From assembly GCA_963803435.1 (NCBI GenBank), contig CAWDML010000001.1:3136001-3200000 (forward strand): a stretch of 64,000 nt of DNA. Reading direction: 5' to 3'. Shown here one piece after another: positions 52,604 to 63,908 of this stretch (its first letter is position 1; the number at the start of each line of letters is the position of its first letter). Under the pieces are notes generated by a model, which saw only the letters and a list, made by a program, of their open reading frames with translations, ran no database searches and had not been told where the DNA came from. A program made the position numbers and the translations under genes. This DNA is from an uncultured delta proteobacterium. Its GTDB lineage: Bacteria > Myxococcota > Kuafuiibacteriia > Kuafuiibacteriales > Kuafuiibacteriaceae.

Positions 52604-54446
52604 ATGAGACGCCCCGTGCTGCCGATCCTCGCCCTCGTCGCGCTCGGCTGCGAGAGGGCGCCCACTCAGATCATCGTGGCCATCGACTCGGACCTCGGCG
52701 TGCCCGCCGAGGTGGCGTCGGTGCGCGCGGTGGTCAAGTCGGACGACGACACCCTGATCAGCGAGCATGCGTTCGCGCTCACAGCCGGGCTTCCGACCGG
52801 AGACGAGGTGGCCCTCCCCTTCTCGTTCGGCGTCGCGCCGGGAGAGGACCGAGAGGCGCGCGTGATCATCGAGGCACACGCGGTCGGCCCCCAGGGATCC
52901 GACCTCTTCACCCGGCGCGCCATCACGCGCTTCGTCGAGCACGAGTCCCTCGTCCTGCCGATGTTCCTCGCCCGCGCCTGCGCCAGCGAGCAATGCCCCG
53001 TGGACCAGACGTGCACCGAGCTCGGGTGTCGCCCCGAAGAGATCGATCCGGCCACGCTGGAGCGCCTGCCCGCCGGCCGCGAGCTGGACGTGATCCGGAG
53101 GGACGCGGGTCTCCGGGACGCCGAGGTCGAGGACGAGGACGCCACCACGATTGACGGCGCCTCGAGCCGAGACGCGTCAGATTCCGGACGCATCGATCGA
53201 CGAGGACGCTGCGCACGATGAGGACGCCGCCGCCCAGGACGCGTCCCTGCCCTGCGCGCCGCCGGCCCAGGACGGCGACTCGTGCGGCCCCGGCGAGATG
53301 CGGTGTTGCCAGCAGACCTGCCTCGACACCGCCTCCAACGCCCACGCCTGCGGGCCCGCCTGCACCGACTGCGGCCTCAACTCGGAGTGTGTCTCAGGGA
53401 CCTGCGGCTGCATGGATCCCTTCGACAGCTGCGACGAAGAGCCGGGCTGCGAGGCGGACCTGAGCAGCGACTCGACCAACTGCGGCATGTGCACGATGGG
53501 CTGCGGGCCGGGCACCTCCTGCATCGCTCGCCAGTGCGTCGCGTGCACGACGCCGCTCGACTGTCCGGCCGACGCCCTCCCCTGCACCGACGTCCCCGTG
53601 TGCAACGGCGGAGAGTGCAGCCAGCCGCTCTTCCCCGGCTTCTGTCTGATCCAGGGCGCCTGCTACGGCGACGGGGACGTCAACCCCGCAAATCGGTGCC
53701 TCGTCTGCAACAGCGGGATGTCGGCGACCACCTGGACGATCCGCGCCGGAGCGAGCTGCGACGACAACCTCTTCTGCACGGCGACCGACACCTGCAACGC
53801 CCAGGGTCAGTGCGTCGGCAGCGGCTCACCGTGCACCCCGGACGCGTTGGCGTGCACCGCCGACGCGTGCAACGAGGCCGCGGACCGTTGCGAGGCACCG
53901 ATCCAGGCCAACGCGTGCGTCATCCAAGGTACGTGTTATTCGGACGGCCAGCTGAACCCGGCCACGCCCTGCCAGCGCTGCAGCGCGAGCACCAGCCAGA
54001 CGGCCTGGACGCCGAACCCCGGCGTCTCCTGCAACGACGGGCTCTTCTGCACGGCGGTCGATCAGTGCACGGCGCAAGGGACCTGCGGGGGCTCGGGCAG
54101 CCCGTGCATGGTCGTGACGACCTGCAGCTCCCAAACCTGCGACGAAGGCTCCGACACCTGCCTCGACGTCCTGAACCCGGGCTGGTGTCTGATCGGCGGC
54201 TCGTGCGTGAACCAAGGCATGTCGCCCCTCAGCAACCCCTGCGTCACCTGCCAGCCGCTGATCGATCGATTCGGCTACTCGCCGGTCCTCGACAGCGCAG
54301 TCGCGTGCGGCGGCAACCAGATGTGCTGCGGGGGCGTCTGCACCGCGGTCCTCGACGGCGCCTGCGGGGCGTGCGGCGTGACGTGTCCACCGGGAACCTG
54401 CATGTGCGGAGGGACCGGCGACCCGTTCAGCTGCGCGTGCGACTGA
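52604..54446 (+). CDS. Cys-rich repeat lipoprotein (frameshift near 53180)
   Basis: Lipobox ALGC; TQIIVAIDSDL.VP...LPFSFGV domain; acidic DA-rich linker; repeats CDDNLFCT..D.C and C.IQG.CY..G..NP...C..C. Confidence 0.78.
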
Positions 54447-55869
54447 TCGACCGCGCTCGCAGATCCTCGAACAGCGGCGCGCCGGCCGCACGCGCATCGA
54501 GGCGCGACGCGATCGCGGCGGCGGTCGCCGGGAGGAGCGGTTCGAGCGCCCCCGCGATCGACCGCAGCGAAGCGATCGCCTCCGCGACCACCGCTTCGGC
54601 GTCGCCTCGGCCCCCGGGCTGCCTCGCCCGCGTCCAGGGCGCGCGGGCCTGGAGGTCCGCGTTCGTCCGCTCCACCACCCCGAAGATCGCCGCCGCCGCC
54701 TCGTCGAGGGCGAAGCGATCGATCGCGCCCCGCACGCGCGCATCCAGCGCGGGAGCGATCCGCGCGCGCGACGCCTCCGCCTCCGGCGCGACGCCGAGCT
54801 TCTCGGCCAGGCCGATCACCCGGCTGACCAGGTTGCCGAGGCCGTGGGCCAGCTCGGACTGATAGACCTCCTCGAAGTGCCGCACCGTGAAGTCGCCGTC
54901 CTCGGTGGAGCGAATGTGGCGGAGCAGATACCAGCGGAGCGCGTCGACGCCGTAGCGCTCGATCACCACCTTGGGATCGACCGTGTTGCCGAGGGACTTC
55001 GAGATCTTGGTCCCGTTCAACGTCAGGTAGCCATGCACCAGGATCTCGTGGGGCAGCGGCAGCCCCGCGGACAGCAGGAACGCCGGCCAGTAGATCGCGT
55101 GGAAGCGCGCGATCCCCTTTCCGATCACGTGCGTGCGTCGCGACGTGCTCCAGCGATCCTTCGCGCCGGTGAGATAGTTGGCGAGCGCGTCGAACCAGAC
55201 GTAGACGACCTGCGACGGATCGCCGGGGACCGGGATGCCCCAGCCGCCGGCCCGCCCCCAAGGACGCGAGACCGAGAGATCGGGGAGGCCCGCGTCGAGC
55301 TGCGCCAGCGTCTCGTCGCGGACGCGATCGGGGCGGATCGTCAGCTCCCCCGAGCGGATCCTCGACGCGATCTCCGCGCCGTGACGCGACAGCCGGAAGA
55401 AGAGGTTCTCCTCCTCGATCCGATCCGGCGCGCGCCGATGCTCGGGACAGAGGCCGGCCTCCAGATCACGCTCGCCGAGGAAGGCCTCACAGCCGACGCA
55501 GTAGAGGCCCTCGTAGCGACCTCGATACAGATCGGCGCGGGTCCGCGACCAGAGCGCCTCGACGCTCGCGCGGTGATCGGGATCGGCGCTGGTGCGAACG
55601 AACCGGTCATAGGTGACGCCGAGGCGATCCGCGAGGCTCCGGAAGGCGGCCGCGTTCTCCTCGACGAGCGCCTGGACCGGTATGCCGCGCGCCTCGGCGG
55701 CGCGCACGTTCTTGAGGCTGTTCTCGTCGGTGCCGGTCAGAAATCGGATCCGATCGCCGGCGCACCGCCGCGCGCGCGCGAGCGCATCGGCGAGCACGAG
55801 CTCGAGGGCATGGCCGAGGTGAGGCTCGGCGTTGACGTAAGCGATGGCAGTCGAGACAAAGCGTTCCAT
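54427..55869 (-). CDS. metG: Methionine--tRNA ligase, short form
   Basis: STAIAYVNAEPHLGH (HIGH), FLTGTDE, YEGLYCVGCE, YVWFDALANY, KISKSLGN (KMSKS). Confidence 0.93.
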   Translation of the reverse strand: MERFVSTAIAYVNAEPHLGHALELVLADALARARRCAGDRIRFLTGTDENSLKNVRAAEARGIPVQALVEENAAAFRSLADRLGVTYDRFVRTSADPDHRASVEALWSRTRADLYRGRYEGLYCVGCEAFLGERDLEAGLCPEHRRAPDRIEEENLFFRLSRHGAEIASRIRSGELTIRPDRVRDETLAQLDAGLPDLSVSRPWGRAGGWGIPVPGDPSQVVYVWFDALANYLTGAKDRWSTSRRTHVIGKGIARFHAIYWPAFLLSAGLPLPHEILVHGYLTLNGTKISKSLGNTVDPKVVIERYGVDALRWYLLRHIRSTEDGDFTVRHFEEVYQSELAHGLGNLVSRVIGLAEKLGVAPEAEASRARIAPALDARVRGAIDRFALDEAAAAIFGVVERTNADLQARAPWTRARQPGGRGDAEAVVAEAIASLRSIAGALEPLLPATAAAIASRLDARAAGAPLFEDLRARSISRTRS

Positions 55870-55914
55870 GGCGTCCTCCGCGCAAGTCGGGTTGCAGGTG
55901 ATGGCGGAAGGGGG

Positions 55915-55976
55915 CCCGCGCCGCGAGGGGGCGCGGGCTAGCGCATGGACATCGAGCGGCTGGGGAGCGGACGCAC
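55915..55976 (-). promoter_or_regulatory. Candidate Met-codon leader peptide and GC hairpin upstream of metG
   Basis: uORF GTG-RPLPSRSMSMR-TAG (55976->55938) immediately followed by an 8-bp stem CCCGCGCC/GGCGCGGG (55937-55915). Confidence 0.35.
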
Positions 55977-56033
55977 GGCTACCGGCCAAGCTAGCCGACA
56001 CGACGGCCGTTTGTCACGGGATCCTGCCGCGGT

Positions 56034-58631
56034 TCACCGCGCGGCTCCATCGACGGGGAGCGCCACGCATACGGTGGTCCCTGCGCCGGGCGCGCTCTCG
56101 ACGATCTCGATCCGCCCGCCCATGTCCGTGAGCGCGCGCCGGCTGGTGGGGAGGCCGAGCCGGAGCCCGACGCGGCCCTTCTTGCGGCTGAAGCCGAAGT
56201 CGAACACGTGCGCCAGCTGATCCGCGGGGATGCCGCGACCGGTGTCGGTAACCGTCACCTGCACCTCGCCGTCGTGCGCGACCACCTGGACATCGACGCG
56301 TCCGCCGCCGTCGATCGCGTCGATCGCGTTCTGGATCACCGACAGGAACACCTGGTTGAGACGAAGCGGTTGGCACAGGACCGTCGCAGCCACCGGCGGA
56401 TACGTCTTCGTGATCTCGATCCGGTCGCGTGCCTCCGCGGCCAGGAGCTCGAGCGTGGCGTCGAGGCTCTCCCGGACGTCGACCACCTTGCGCTCGGCCT
56501 GGTCGAGATTCACGAAGCGCTCGAGGTTCCCCACCAGGTGCGCGATGCGCTCGGTGCTCTGACGCTGGACGCACGCCAGGCTCGCGCCCTGGCTCAGCGC
56601 ACGGAGCGCCCGCTCGGGGGGCGCCTCCATCGCCTTCCCCAGGAGCTCGAAGACGTGGGCCATCGTATCCGCCGAGGACATCATCGCGCCCAGGGGCGTG
56701 TTGATCTCGTGGACGATGCCGGCCACCAGCCGGCCCAGCAGCGCGTTGGTCTCCGCCTCCACGACCATGCCCTCGGCCTCCTGGAGATCCGAGAGGGCCG
56801 TGCGGAGCTCGCGCGTGCGCTCCCGGACCTTCTCCTCGAGCCCCTCCTTGAGCCGGCGGATCTCGTCGAACGCGTTGGCGTTGTCGATCGCGATGGCGAG
56901 CTGGTTGGTCAGCGTCGTCAGAAGCTCCAGGTCCTGTCGGTCGAGCGCGCGGGCGCTGATCCTAGGCCCGATCAACAGAGCGCCCAGACATCGCGTCTCG
57001 TCTCCCCCGCCCACGATCAACGGCAGGATCATCTCGAGGCCGTGCCGTCTCCAGAACGCCTCCGCGGTCTCGACGTCGTGAGCGCTGAGCGGACGCTGCT
57101 CGGCGAACGCGCGCTCGAGCATCGGGTCCGGATCCTCGACCGCCACCGGAGGAGGAACCTTCCCGGTCTCCCGGTCCGTGAGGTTGCCCAGCTCGATCAG
57201 GTGCCGCTCCTGGTGATTCACGAGCACCAGCGAGGCGCGAGAGAGCGCCATCGACTCGAGCAGCGCCTGCCGCACGTTCTCGGTGGCGTCCCTGAGGCTG
57301 CGTGCCCGGGCGATCACCTCGCTGCTCCGCGCGACCGCCTTGGCGTAGACGTAGCGGCGCCGGTAGACCCAGCGCTCCACGCCGCGCTGCACCTGGAACT
57401 GGAGCAGGCTGACCACCAGGACCGTCGCCAGGATCGTCGCTCCCAGGACCAGCGGGGCCCCGGTCACCCGGGGCCCCAGGAACCCGAGCACGCCCATCAC
57501 CAGCGCGGCGTAGGTCAAGGAGATCAGGATGGACAGGATCACGTAGATGACCCGCCGCTGCAGCGCGATTCGGAGATCGAACATCTGATAGCGCGCGATC
57601 GCGAATCCGATGACGCAGGGAAACGAGGCGAAGAGGATCAGGTCCAACAGGATCAGGAACTCCGGGAACCGATCGATCAGCGGCAGAACGATGAGCTGCA
57701 GACTCGGGATGACGAAGGCGATCGCGACGGCGGCGCCGAAGATCTTGGCGCGGGTCCGCATCCCCGGCGGGTTCGGCGGCCGGGCGGCGCGACGACAGAG
57801 GTCGAGCATCACGCCGATGGACGCCAGCAGATGCACGCCGACGCCGATCATCAACAGGCGGACCCACCGGTCGGGACCGCCGCGCGCCCATACTTCATAG
57901 AGGGCGATGCCCCCGACGACGAGGACGAGCGAGACGGCGGTCGCGGACCTTCGGACGCGATCGGCGCCCAGCCCGGGCGCCTGGCGAGTGAACGCGAGGG
58001 CCAGCGCGATCCCGGTGGCGCCGAACATCGGGATCAGGAGGCCCGCGACCGTCGCGGCGAAGTGCGAGACCTCGTCGAACGGCGGGATCTGGAACATCGA
58101 GACGGCGCCGACCAGCGAGAACAGGAGGAACGCTTCGGCGACCTCGTCACCGGGCTTTCGCAGCCAGATCAGCAGCCCGAACCCGAGATAGAGCAACGCC
58201 GTCGCGCTATAGCCGACCAGGGCCCAGCGGTACGGGTACGAGAGCACGTCGAACCGACCCACCGGGATCGTGAAGGATCGCACCTCCCCCGAGGGGCTCC
58301 GGAGGACGAACGCGTTCGAGGCGCCCGGGCGGAGATCGACCATGCGGGAGGCCGCCAGCGAGGGGGGCATCCCTCGATGGAGGTCCGGAACGGCCCCGTT
58401 GATCGACTCGACCACCAGCAGCCCGTGGAGATCGGCGACCGCCTGGGCGGCGGCGGGTGTCACCGGGAGCGCGATCGTGCGGGACTCGTCGGCGGGCATC
58501 TCCCCGAAGAGGAAGCCGCTGTTCGGACGCACGGAGTACTGGATCGCCTTGGCAGCGCTGAACAGCGCGAACGCGATCGTGAGCGAAAGGATCGCGGTGA
58601 CCCAGGGCGTCCGCCGCATCTTGGTCGGCAT
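56034..58631 (-). CDS. Multi-TM sensor histidine kinase with GAF domain
   Basis: About nine TM segments; DLELLTTLTNQLAIAIDNA (GAF end); GIVHEINTPL H-box; NQVF...QNAIDA, DTGRGI, GLGL boxes. Confidence 0.9.
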   Translation of the reverse strand: MPTKMRRTPWVTAILSLTIAFALFSAAKAIQYSVRPNSGFLFGEMPADESRTIALPVTPAAAQAVADLHGLLVVESINGAVPDLHRGMPPSLAASRMVDLRPGASNAFVLRSPSGEVRSFTIPVGRFDVLSYPYRWALVGYSATALLYLGFGLLIWLRKPGDEVAEAFLLFSLVGAVSMFQIPPFDEVSHFAATVAGLLIPMFGATGIALALAFTRQAPGLGADRVRRSATAVSLVLVVGGIALYEVWARGGPDRWVRLLMIGVGVHLLASIGVMLDLCRRAARPPNPPGMRTRAKIFGAAVAIAFVIPSLQLIVLPLIDRFPEFLILLDLILFASFPCVIGFAIARYQMFDLRIALQRRVIYVILSILISLTYAALVMGVLGFLGPRVTGAPLVLGATILATVLVVSLLQFQVQRGVERWVYRRRYVYAKAVARSSEVIARARSLRDATENVRQALLESMALSRASLVLVNHQERHLIELGNLTDRETGKVPPPVAVEDPDPMLERAFAEQRPLSAHDVETAEAFWRRHGLEMILPLIVGGGDETRCLGALLIGPRISARALDRQDLELLTTLTNQLAIAIDNANAFDEIRRLKEGLEEKVRERTRELRTALSDLQEAEGMVVEAETNALLGRLVAGIVHEINTPLGAMMSSADTMAHVFELLGKAMEAPPERALRALSQGASLACVQRQSTERIAHLVGNLERFVNLDQAERKVVDVRESLDATLELLAAEARDRIEITKTYPPVAATVLCQPLRLNQVFLSVIQNAIDAIDGGGRVDVQVVAHDGEVQVTVTDTGRGIPADQLAHVFDFGFSRKKGRVGLRLGLPTSRRALTDMGGRIEIVESAPGAGTTVCVALPVDGAAR

Positions 58632-58663
58632 CTCTCGACTCCGGTGATAACATCCGCGCCCCG

Positions 58664-59875
58664 ATGATCGGAGAGCGGTTCGGTCGTTACGAGGTCGTCG
58701 CCCCGATTGGCAAGGGTGGAATGGGAGAGGTCGTGCTCGCGCGATCATCCAGCGGCGACCTGGTCGCGCTCAAGATCCTCGACGAGGACTCGAGCCAGAA
58801 GGACAGCCTGGTCGCGATGTTCATGGACGAGGCCTCGATCATGGCCCAGGTCAGGCATCAGAACGTGCTGCGTGTGTTCGACTTCGGCCGGGACCACGGG
58901 CGCTACTACATCGCGATGGAGTATCTCCAGGGACAGCCGATGTCCAAGATCCAGGTCGCCGCGCACGACCGCTGGGGACAGCTGGAGCGAGGCGTGCTCG
59001 CGATGGTCGGGGCCCGCGCCGCCCGCGGCCTTCATGCCGCGCATGTGGCGGTGGGCGGCGACGGCGTTCCCCTCGGCGTCGTGCACCGGGATGTGAGTCC
59101 GGAGAACCTGTTCGTCACCTACGAGGGCGTCACCAAGGTGATCGACTTCGGGATCGCGCGCGCGAACCACCGGCTCACGCGAACCACCGCCGGCGTCTTC
59201 AAGGGCAAGGCCGCGTACATGTCGCCCGAGCAGATCCACTCCCGACCCATCGATGGAAAGAGTGACGTCTTCGCGCTCGGCGTCTGTCTGTGGGAGATGG
59301 CGTCGGGACGGCGGCTGTTCCAGCGGCACGATCAGTTCGAGACGATGCGCGCGGTGGTCGAGGCGCCCCTTCGCCCGCCGACGGGCGGCGCCGATCGCCG
59401 GCTCGATCAGATCGTCCTCTCCTGCCTCGAGCGCAGCGCCGAACGGCGGCCGCGCGCCGGCGAGGTCGCGAGTGAGCTCATCGCCTACGCGCAGAACCGA
59501 AGCCCGCCCGCCGATGACGCTCTGGTCGCCGAGATGATGCACGCGCTCTACGCGGAGGGAGTCTCGGACGCGCGCGCGCTCGTGGAGGAGCATTCGGACA
59601 AGGGCTTCCCGACCAACGTCTCGTGGAGCCCCGGGCACGACCTGTACGCGGCGCCACCCGAGCAGCGCGGCGGCGCGGTCAAGTCCGCGGTCGATACGCT
59701 CTCCAGCAACCTCGCACCGCTCGAGCAGCGCCAGCGCGAGGAGCAACGGAGCGCCACCGGCAACCGGCACGCAACCGGCGGTGGTCGATCGGCGTGGGCA
59801 GTGGCGGCCATCCTGATCTCCGTCATCGTCGCGTTCGGATCGATCGCCATTTTGTGGTGGCAATCCAGGTCCTGA
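58664..59875 (+). CDS. Membrane Ser/Thr protein kinase
   Basis: IGKGGMGEV, VALKIL, VHRDVSPEN, DFGIA, GKAAYMSPEQ, DVFALG; C-terminal TM. Confidence 0.93.
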   Translation: MIGERFGRYEVVAPIGKGGMGEVVLARSSSGDLVALKILDEDSSQKDSLVAMFMDEASIMAQVRHQNVLRVFDFGRDHGRYYIAMEYLQGQPMSKIQVAAHDRWGQLERGVLAMVGARAARGLHAAHVAVGGDGVPLGVVHRDVSPENLFVTYEGVTKVIDFGIARANHRLTRTTAGVFKGKAAYMSPEQIHSRPIDGKSDVFALGVCLWEMASGRRLFQRHDQFETMRAVVEAPLRPPTGGADRRLDQIVLSCLERSAERRPRAGEVASELIAYAQNRSPPADDALVAEMMHALYAEGVSDARALVEEHSDKGFPTNVSWSPGHDLYAAPPEQRGGAVKSAVDTLSSNLAPLEQRQREEQRSATGNRHATGGGRSAWAVAAILISVIVAFGSIAILWWQSRS

Positions 59876-60240
59876 TCCACGGGCGGGATCGGCAGAATCG
59901 CCCGCGAACCCCTCCACCAACGGTGGCGACCCTGCCAAGACCGTCATCCCGACGCCGGATGTTCGGCCCTTCGGAACAGCCCCTGGGTGCACATCGTAGT
60001 TTTGGGATCGCAACCCCACTTTCATTTCAGGCTGCGATGGCGCGATCGCATTCACGCGCAGGTGGGACCTGACACAGCCGACCACTCGTCGCGCCGCGCG
60101 CGCCTCTTTCGGCAGCGAATCCGCCGGATGCACGGCGGATGGAAGCGATGCCGCCCCGCGCGGGCTAATGCAGAGGCTCCGCCCAGAGTCCTCGAGAATC
60201 TCTTCGAGGCGCGTGAACGCGGAGCGAGAGGGAGTGGGAC

Positions 60241-62154
60241 GTGCGGATCGAGAATCGTTTTGCGTCGGTCTCCATGGCCATCTTGCTCGTGACAGCGGCC
60301 GGGTGTGTACCGCCCGCACCGGGCGAGGTCGTCGACAACGACGACAACAGCGCAGCGCTGGTTCGGGCTCGAAACCCAATCCCGGACCGTTACATCGTCG
60401 TCTTCCGGGACGACGTCATGAGTCGCTCCGGCGTCGAGGCGGTCCGCGACGACATCGCGAACGAGTATGAGGCTCGCGTCGAGCGCACCTATCGCAGCGC
60501 GCTCAACGGCTTCGCCGGCGAGATGTCGCGCGAGCAGGCCCTCGCCTTGGTCCACGATCCCCGCGTCGCGCTGGTGGAGGAGGACGGCCTGGTCGAGGCC
60601 AGCACGACCGAGAACAACGCCACCTGGGGGCTCGATCGGATCGATCAAACGTCGCTCCCGCTCGACGGACGCTACACGTACAACGACAACGCCGGCGCCG
60701 GCGTTCGCGTCTACGTGATCGACACCGGCATCCTCAGCACGCACCAAGAGTTCACCGGGCGCGTGCTGCCTGGCCACGACTTCGTCGATAACGACAGCAA
60801 CCCCACCGACTGCAACGGCCACGGAACGCACGTCTCGGGCACCGCGGTCGGCACCACCTACGGCGTGGCGAAGGCCGCCAACGTGATCGCAGTTCGGGTG
60901 CTCGACTGCAGCGGCAGCGGCAGCAACTCCGGCGTCATCGCCGGCGTTGACTGGGTGACCGCGAACCGCGTCCTCCCCGCCGTCGCGAACATGAGCCTCG
61001 GCGGCGGCGCCTCGACCGCCCTCGATCAAGCCGTGCAGCGATCGATCGCCGCCGGCGTGACCTACGCCCTGGCCGCCGGCAACGACAACGCGAACGCGTG
61101 CAACAGCTCGCCGTCCCGCACGCCGGAGGCGATCACCGTGGGCGCCACCACGACCAACGATGCCCGCGCCTCGTTCTCGAACTTCGGTACGTGCGTCGAC
61201 ATCTTCGCGCCAGGTCAGAGCATCACCTCCTCGTGGTACAGCAGCCCCTCGGCGACGAACACGATCAGCGGCACCTCGATGGCCTCGCCGCACGTCGCGG
61301 GTGCGGCGGCGCTCTACCTGGGCGCCAACCCCTCGGCCACCCCGCAGCAGGTCCGCGACGCGCTGGTGAGCAACGGCGTGAACGGGACGATCTCCGGGGT
61401 CGGCACGGGCTCCCCCAACGTGTTGCTCAACATCTCGTTCATCGGGGGCGGTGGACCGCCGCCTCCGCCGCCTCCGCCGCCTCCGCCCGGCAACTCGTTC
61501 AGCTACACGGGCTCGAACACGAACAGCGCCCAGCAGAACACCACCAACCAGTCGATCAGCCTGGGGGCCGGCGACGAGCTGACGATCGGCACCTGCGGGC
61601 TCACGGGCGCGTCCTTCACCGGGGATACGTACCTCCGGCTGTTCGGCGCGACCGGCAGCCAGGTGGCCTCGAACGACGACGCGTGCGGCGGGCTCGGCTC
61701 GCAGATCACGTACACGGCGGCGTCGGCTGCCACCGTGGAGATCCATGCCGGGTGCTACTCGAACACCAGCTGCAGCGGCACCGTGGTCTGGACGGTCCAG
61801 ACCGGGACGCCCCCGCCGCCTCCGCCGCCCCCGCCTCCGCCCGGATCGTTCTCGTATACGGGATCGAACACCAACAGCGCGCAGCGGAACACGACGGACC
61901 AGACGATCGCGCTGACGGCGGGCCAGCGGCTCACCATCGGGACCTGCGGCGTGTCGGGCTCGACGTTCACCGGTGACACGTACCTGAGGCTGAGGAACGC
62001 CGCCGGCTCGCAGGTGGCCGTCAACGACGACGCGTGCGGCGGCCTCGGCTCGCAGATCACGTACACCGCGACGGCCAACGGCAACTACTCGATCCGCGCC
62101 GGCTGCTACGCGAACACCAGCTGCAGCGGCACGGTGGCCTGGACGATCCAGTAG
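60241..62154 (+). CDS. S8 subtilisin (proteinase K/aqualysin-like) lipoprotein with I9 propeptide and two tandem C-terminal domains
   Basis: Lipobox AAGC; WGLDRIDQ; [24 protein letters not shown] triad; two poly-Pro linkers each preceding a [13 protein letters not shown]...GDTYLRL...NDDACGG domain. Confidence 0.93.
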   Translation: MRIENRFASVSMAILLVTAAGCVPPAPGEVVDNDDNSAALVRARNPIPDRYIVVFRDDVMSRSGVEAVRDDIANEYEARVERTYRSALNGFAGEMSREQALALVHDPRVALVEEDGLVEASTTENNATWGLDRIDQTSLPLDGRYTYNDNAGAGVRVYVIDTGILSTHQEFTGRVLPGHDFVDNDSNPTDCNGHGTHVSGTAVGTTYGVAKAANVIAVRVLDCSGSGSNSGVIAGVDWVTANRVLPAVANMSLGGGASTALDQAVQRSIAAGVTYALAAGNDNANACNSSPSRTPEAITVGATTTNDARASFSNFGTCVDIFAPGQSITSSWYSSPSATNTISGTSMASPHVAGAAALYLGANPSATPQQVRDALVSNGVNGTISGVGTGSPNVLLNISFIGGGGPPPPPPPPPPPGNSFSYTGSNTNSAQQNTTNQSISLGAGDELTIGTCGLTGASFTGDTYLRLFGATGSQVASNDDACGGLGSQITYTAASAATVEIHAGCYSNTSCSGTVVWTVQTGTPPPPPPPPPPPGSFSYTGSNTNSAQRNTTDQTIALTAGQRLTIGTCGVSGSTFTGDTYLRLRNAAGSQVAVNDDACGGLGSQITYTATANGNYSIRAGCYANTSCSGTVAWTIQ

Positions 62155-62203
62155 GCCGCCTCTCCGCTTTACTCCCCACCCCGGGGTCATCGACACTCGC
62201 GCC

Positions 62204-63058
62204 GTGCGAGTGCTCCCCCTCCTCGTCTTCGCCGCGACCGCCATCGGATGCGGGGAGCCCGCGCCCCTGCGGGTGATGACCTTCAACGTGCTCTGTTCGT
62301 TCTGCGATCCGAGCTACGACCCGTGGGAGGATCGCCTGGCGTTCTTCGCCGACACGTTCGCGCGCCAGAGCCCCGATCTGATCGGTCTCCAGGAGATCTC
62401 CTTCGAGCAGGAGGTCGACCAGATCCGGGCGCGCAGCCCTCGCTACGCCGCGATCTACTTCGACGAGGTGCTCCCCGAAGATGGCGAGCGCCACCCGTAC
62501 CCCGACGCCACCATCTTCTACGACGCCGAGCGCTTCGATGTCCTCGAGCACGGGTTCTTCTGGTTGAGCCCCACGCCCGACGATCCGTTCTCGACCGGCT
62601 TCTCAGAAGGACGGCAGCTCCCCCGGCTGATCACGTGGGCCCGACTGCGTGACCTGGACGCCTCCCAGGAGCTGGTCTTCGCCTCCACGCACTTCGACAA
62701 CAACGCGCCCTCTCAGGACAGGAGCGCGCCGCTCGCGCTCGAGCGTCTCATCCCCATCGCCGGCGACACACCGCTGGTGTTCGTCGGTGACTTCAACTCC
62801 GACCCCTCGGATCCGGCGTATCAGACGCTGGCCGGCGCGCTCACCAACGCGTTCGACCGCACCACCGCGTGGCGGACGGACAGCAACGAGGACCCTCCGC
62901 CTGACTACGATCCCGCGCTGCGGATCGATCACATCTTCCTGAGACCGAGCGCCCGCTTCCTGGTCGACGACTGGGTCGCCGATCTTCACGTGTATGGCGA
63001 GAACCAGCGTCCGCCCTCGGATCACAAGGCCATCGCCGCGTCGCTCCTCTGGCCGTGA
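62204..63058 (+). CDS. Endonuclease/exonuclease/phosphatase-family lipoprotein
   Basis: LRVMTFNV, DLIGLQE, STHFD, VGDFN, RIDHIF, PSDH. Confidence 0.9.
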   Translation: MRVLPLLVFAATAIGCGEPAPLRVMTFNVLCSFCDPSYDPWEDRLAFFADTFARQSPDLIGLQEISFEQEVDQIRARSPRYAAIYFDEVLPEDGERHPYPDATIFYDAERFDVLEHGFFWLSPTPDDPFSTGFSEGRQLPRLITWARLRDLDASQELVFASTHFDNNAPSQDRSAPLALERLIPIAGDTPLVFVGDFNSDPSDPAYQTLAGALTNAFDRTTAWRTDSNEDPPPDYDPALRIDHIFLRPSARFLVDDWVADLHVYGENQRPPSDHKAIAASLLWP

Positions 63059-63142
63059 GCGGCCTCGTGAGGCCGATCCAAGTCCCAGCTTGGCGGATCT
63101 CCGGCTCTATGCTGTGTTAGGCATCCGAAGGGATAGGACCGC

Positions 63143-63899
63143 TTGAGACGATCGTTCTTCCTCCTGATCGCGGTACTCGCGGTCGCGTCGACCGGCTGTC
63201 TGGCCGGCGAGCAGCACAGTGTGGAGCGCACCTTGACCTCGACCGTGACGCTGACGCGAGAGAGCCTCATCGACGTCAATCTCCCCATACCGGTGGTCCT
63301 CGACGGCACCAGCCGGACGAACGACGTCGTGATCACCGTCGAGCTGACCGTCACCGCCTCCAGCTCGACCGTGGCGGAGCAGAAGGCCGGCGAGATTCGA
63401 GATCGTCTCGAAGAGCGAGGACGGCGTGCTCCGCCTCGGCATCTCCGAGCTCCCGCGGGTCACGCTCAGCGGCACCTATCGCATCGTCCTGCCCAACGAT
63501 CTCGACGTGAACGTCACCGAGCGGAACGGGACGGTGGACGTGCTCGGCGTCGAGGGCCAGATCGTCGTGAACTCGCTCTCGCACGTCCGGGTCACGGGCG
63601 CCGCCGACGACGTCTCGGTCGCCGTGGAGGCAGGCAACGCGCTGGTCGAGACCGAGGCGCCGCCGGGCAAGCAGACGCTGATCCGGCTGGGGCGCGGCGA
63701 CATCCAGCTCACTCTTCCACCCGCGCTCAGCGCGGACATCGTCGCCGACGTGATCAACGCCGGTAACATCGTGGTGACGCATCCGCGGTTGCCGCGCTAT
63801 CCGGGAGGCACGCTGCCCTACAGCACCTCGGTCGCCGGGGGCCTGAGCATCATTCGCCTCCAGACCGGGAGCGGGCTGATCGTGATCCAGAGCCAGTAG
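63143..63899 (+). CDS. Lipoprotein, DUF4097/adhesin-like beta-repeat (frameshift near 63400)
   Basis: Lipobox STGC; IVLP..LDVNV....G.VDV, G.I.L.LP and IRLQTGSG.I.I motifs in the second frame. Confidence 0.65.
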
Positions 63900-63908
63900 A
63901 GAGGAACG

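Noticed and set aside
59876-60240. ncRNA or sigma-54 promoter in the 365-bp gap before the S8 protease
   Set aside because: TGGCGCG near 60038 lacks a correctly spaced TTGC, and I could not support a structured RNA.
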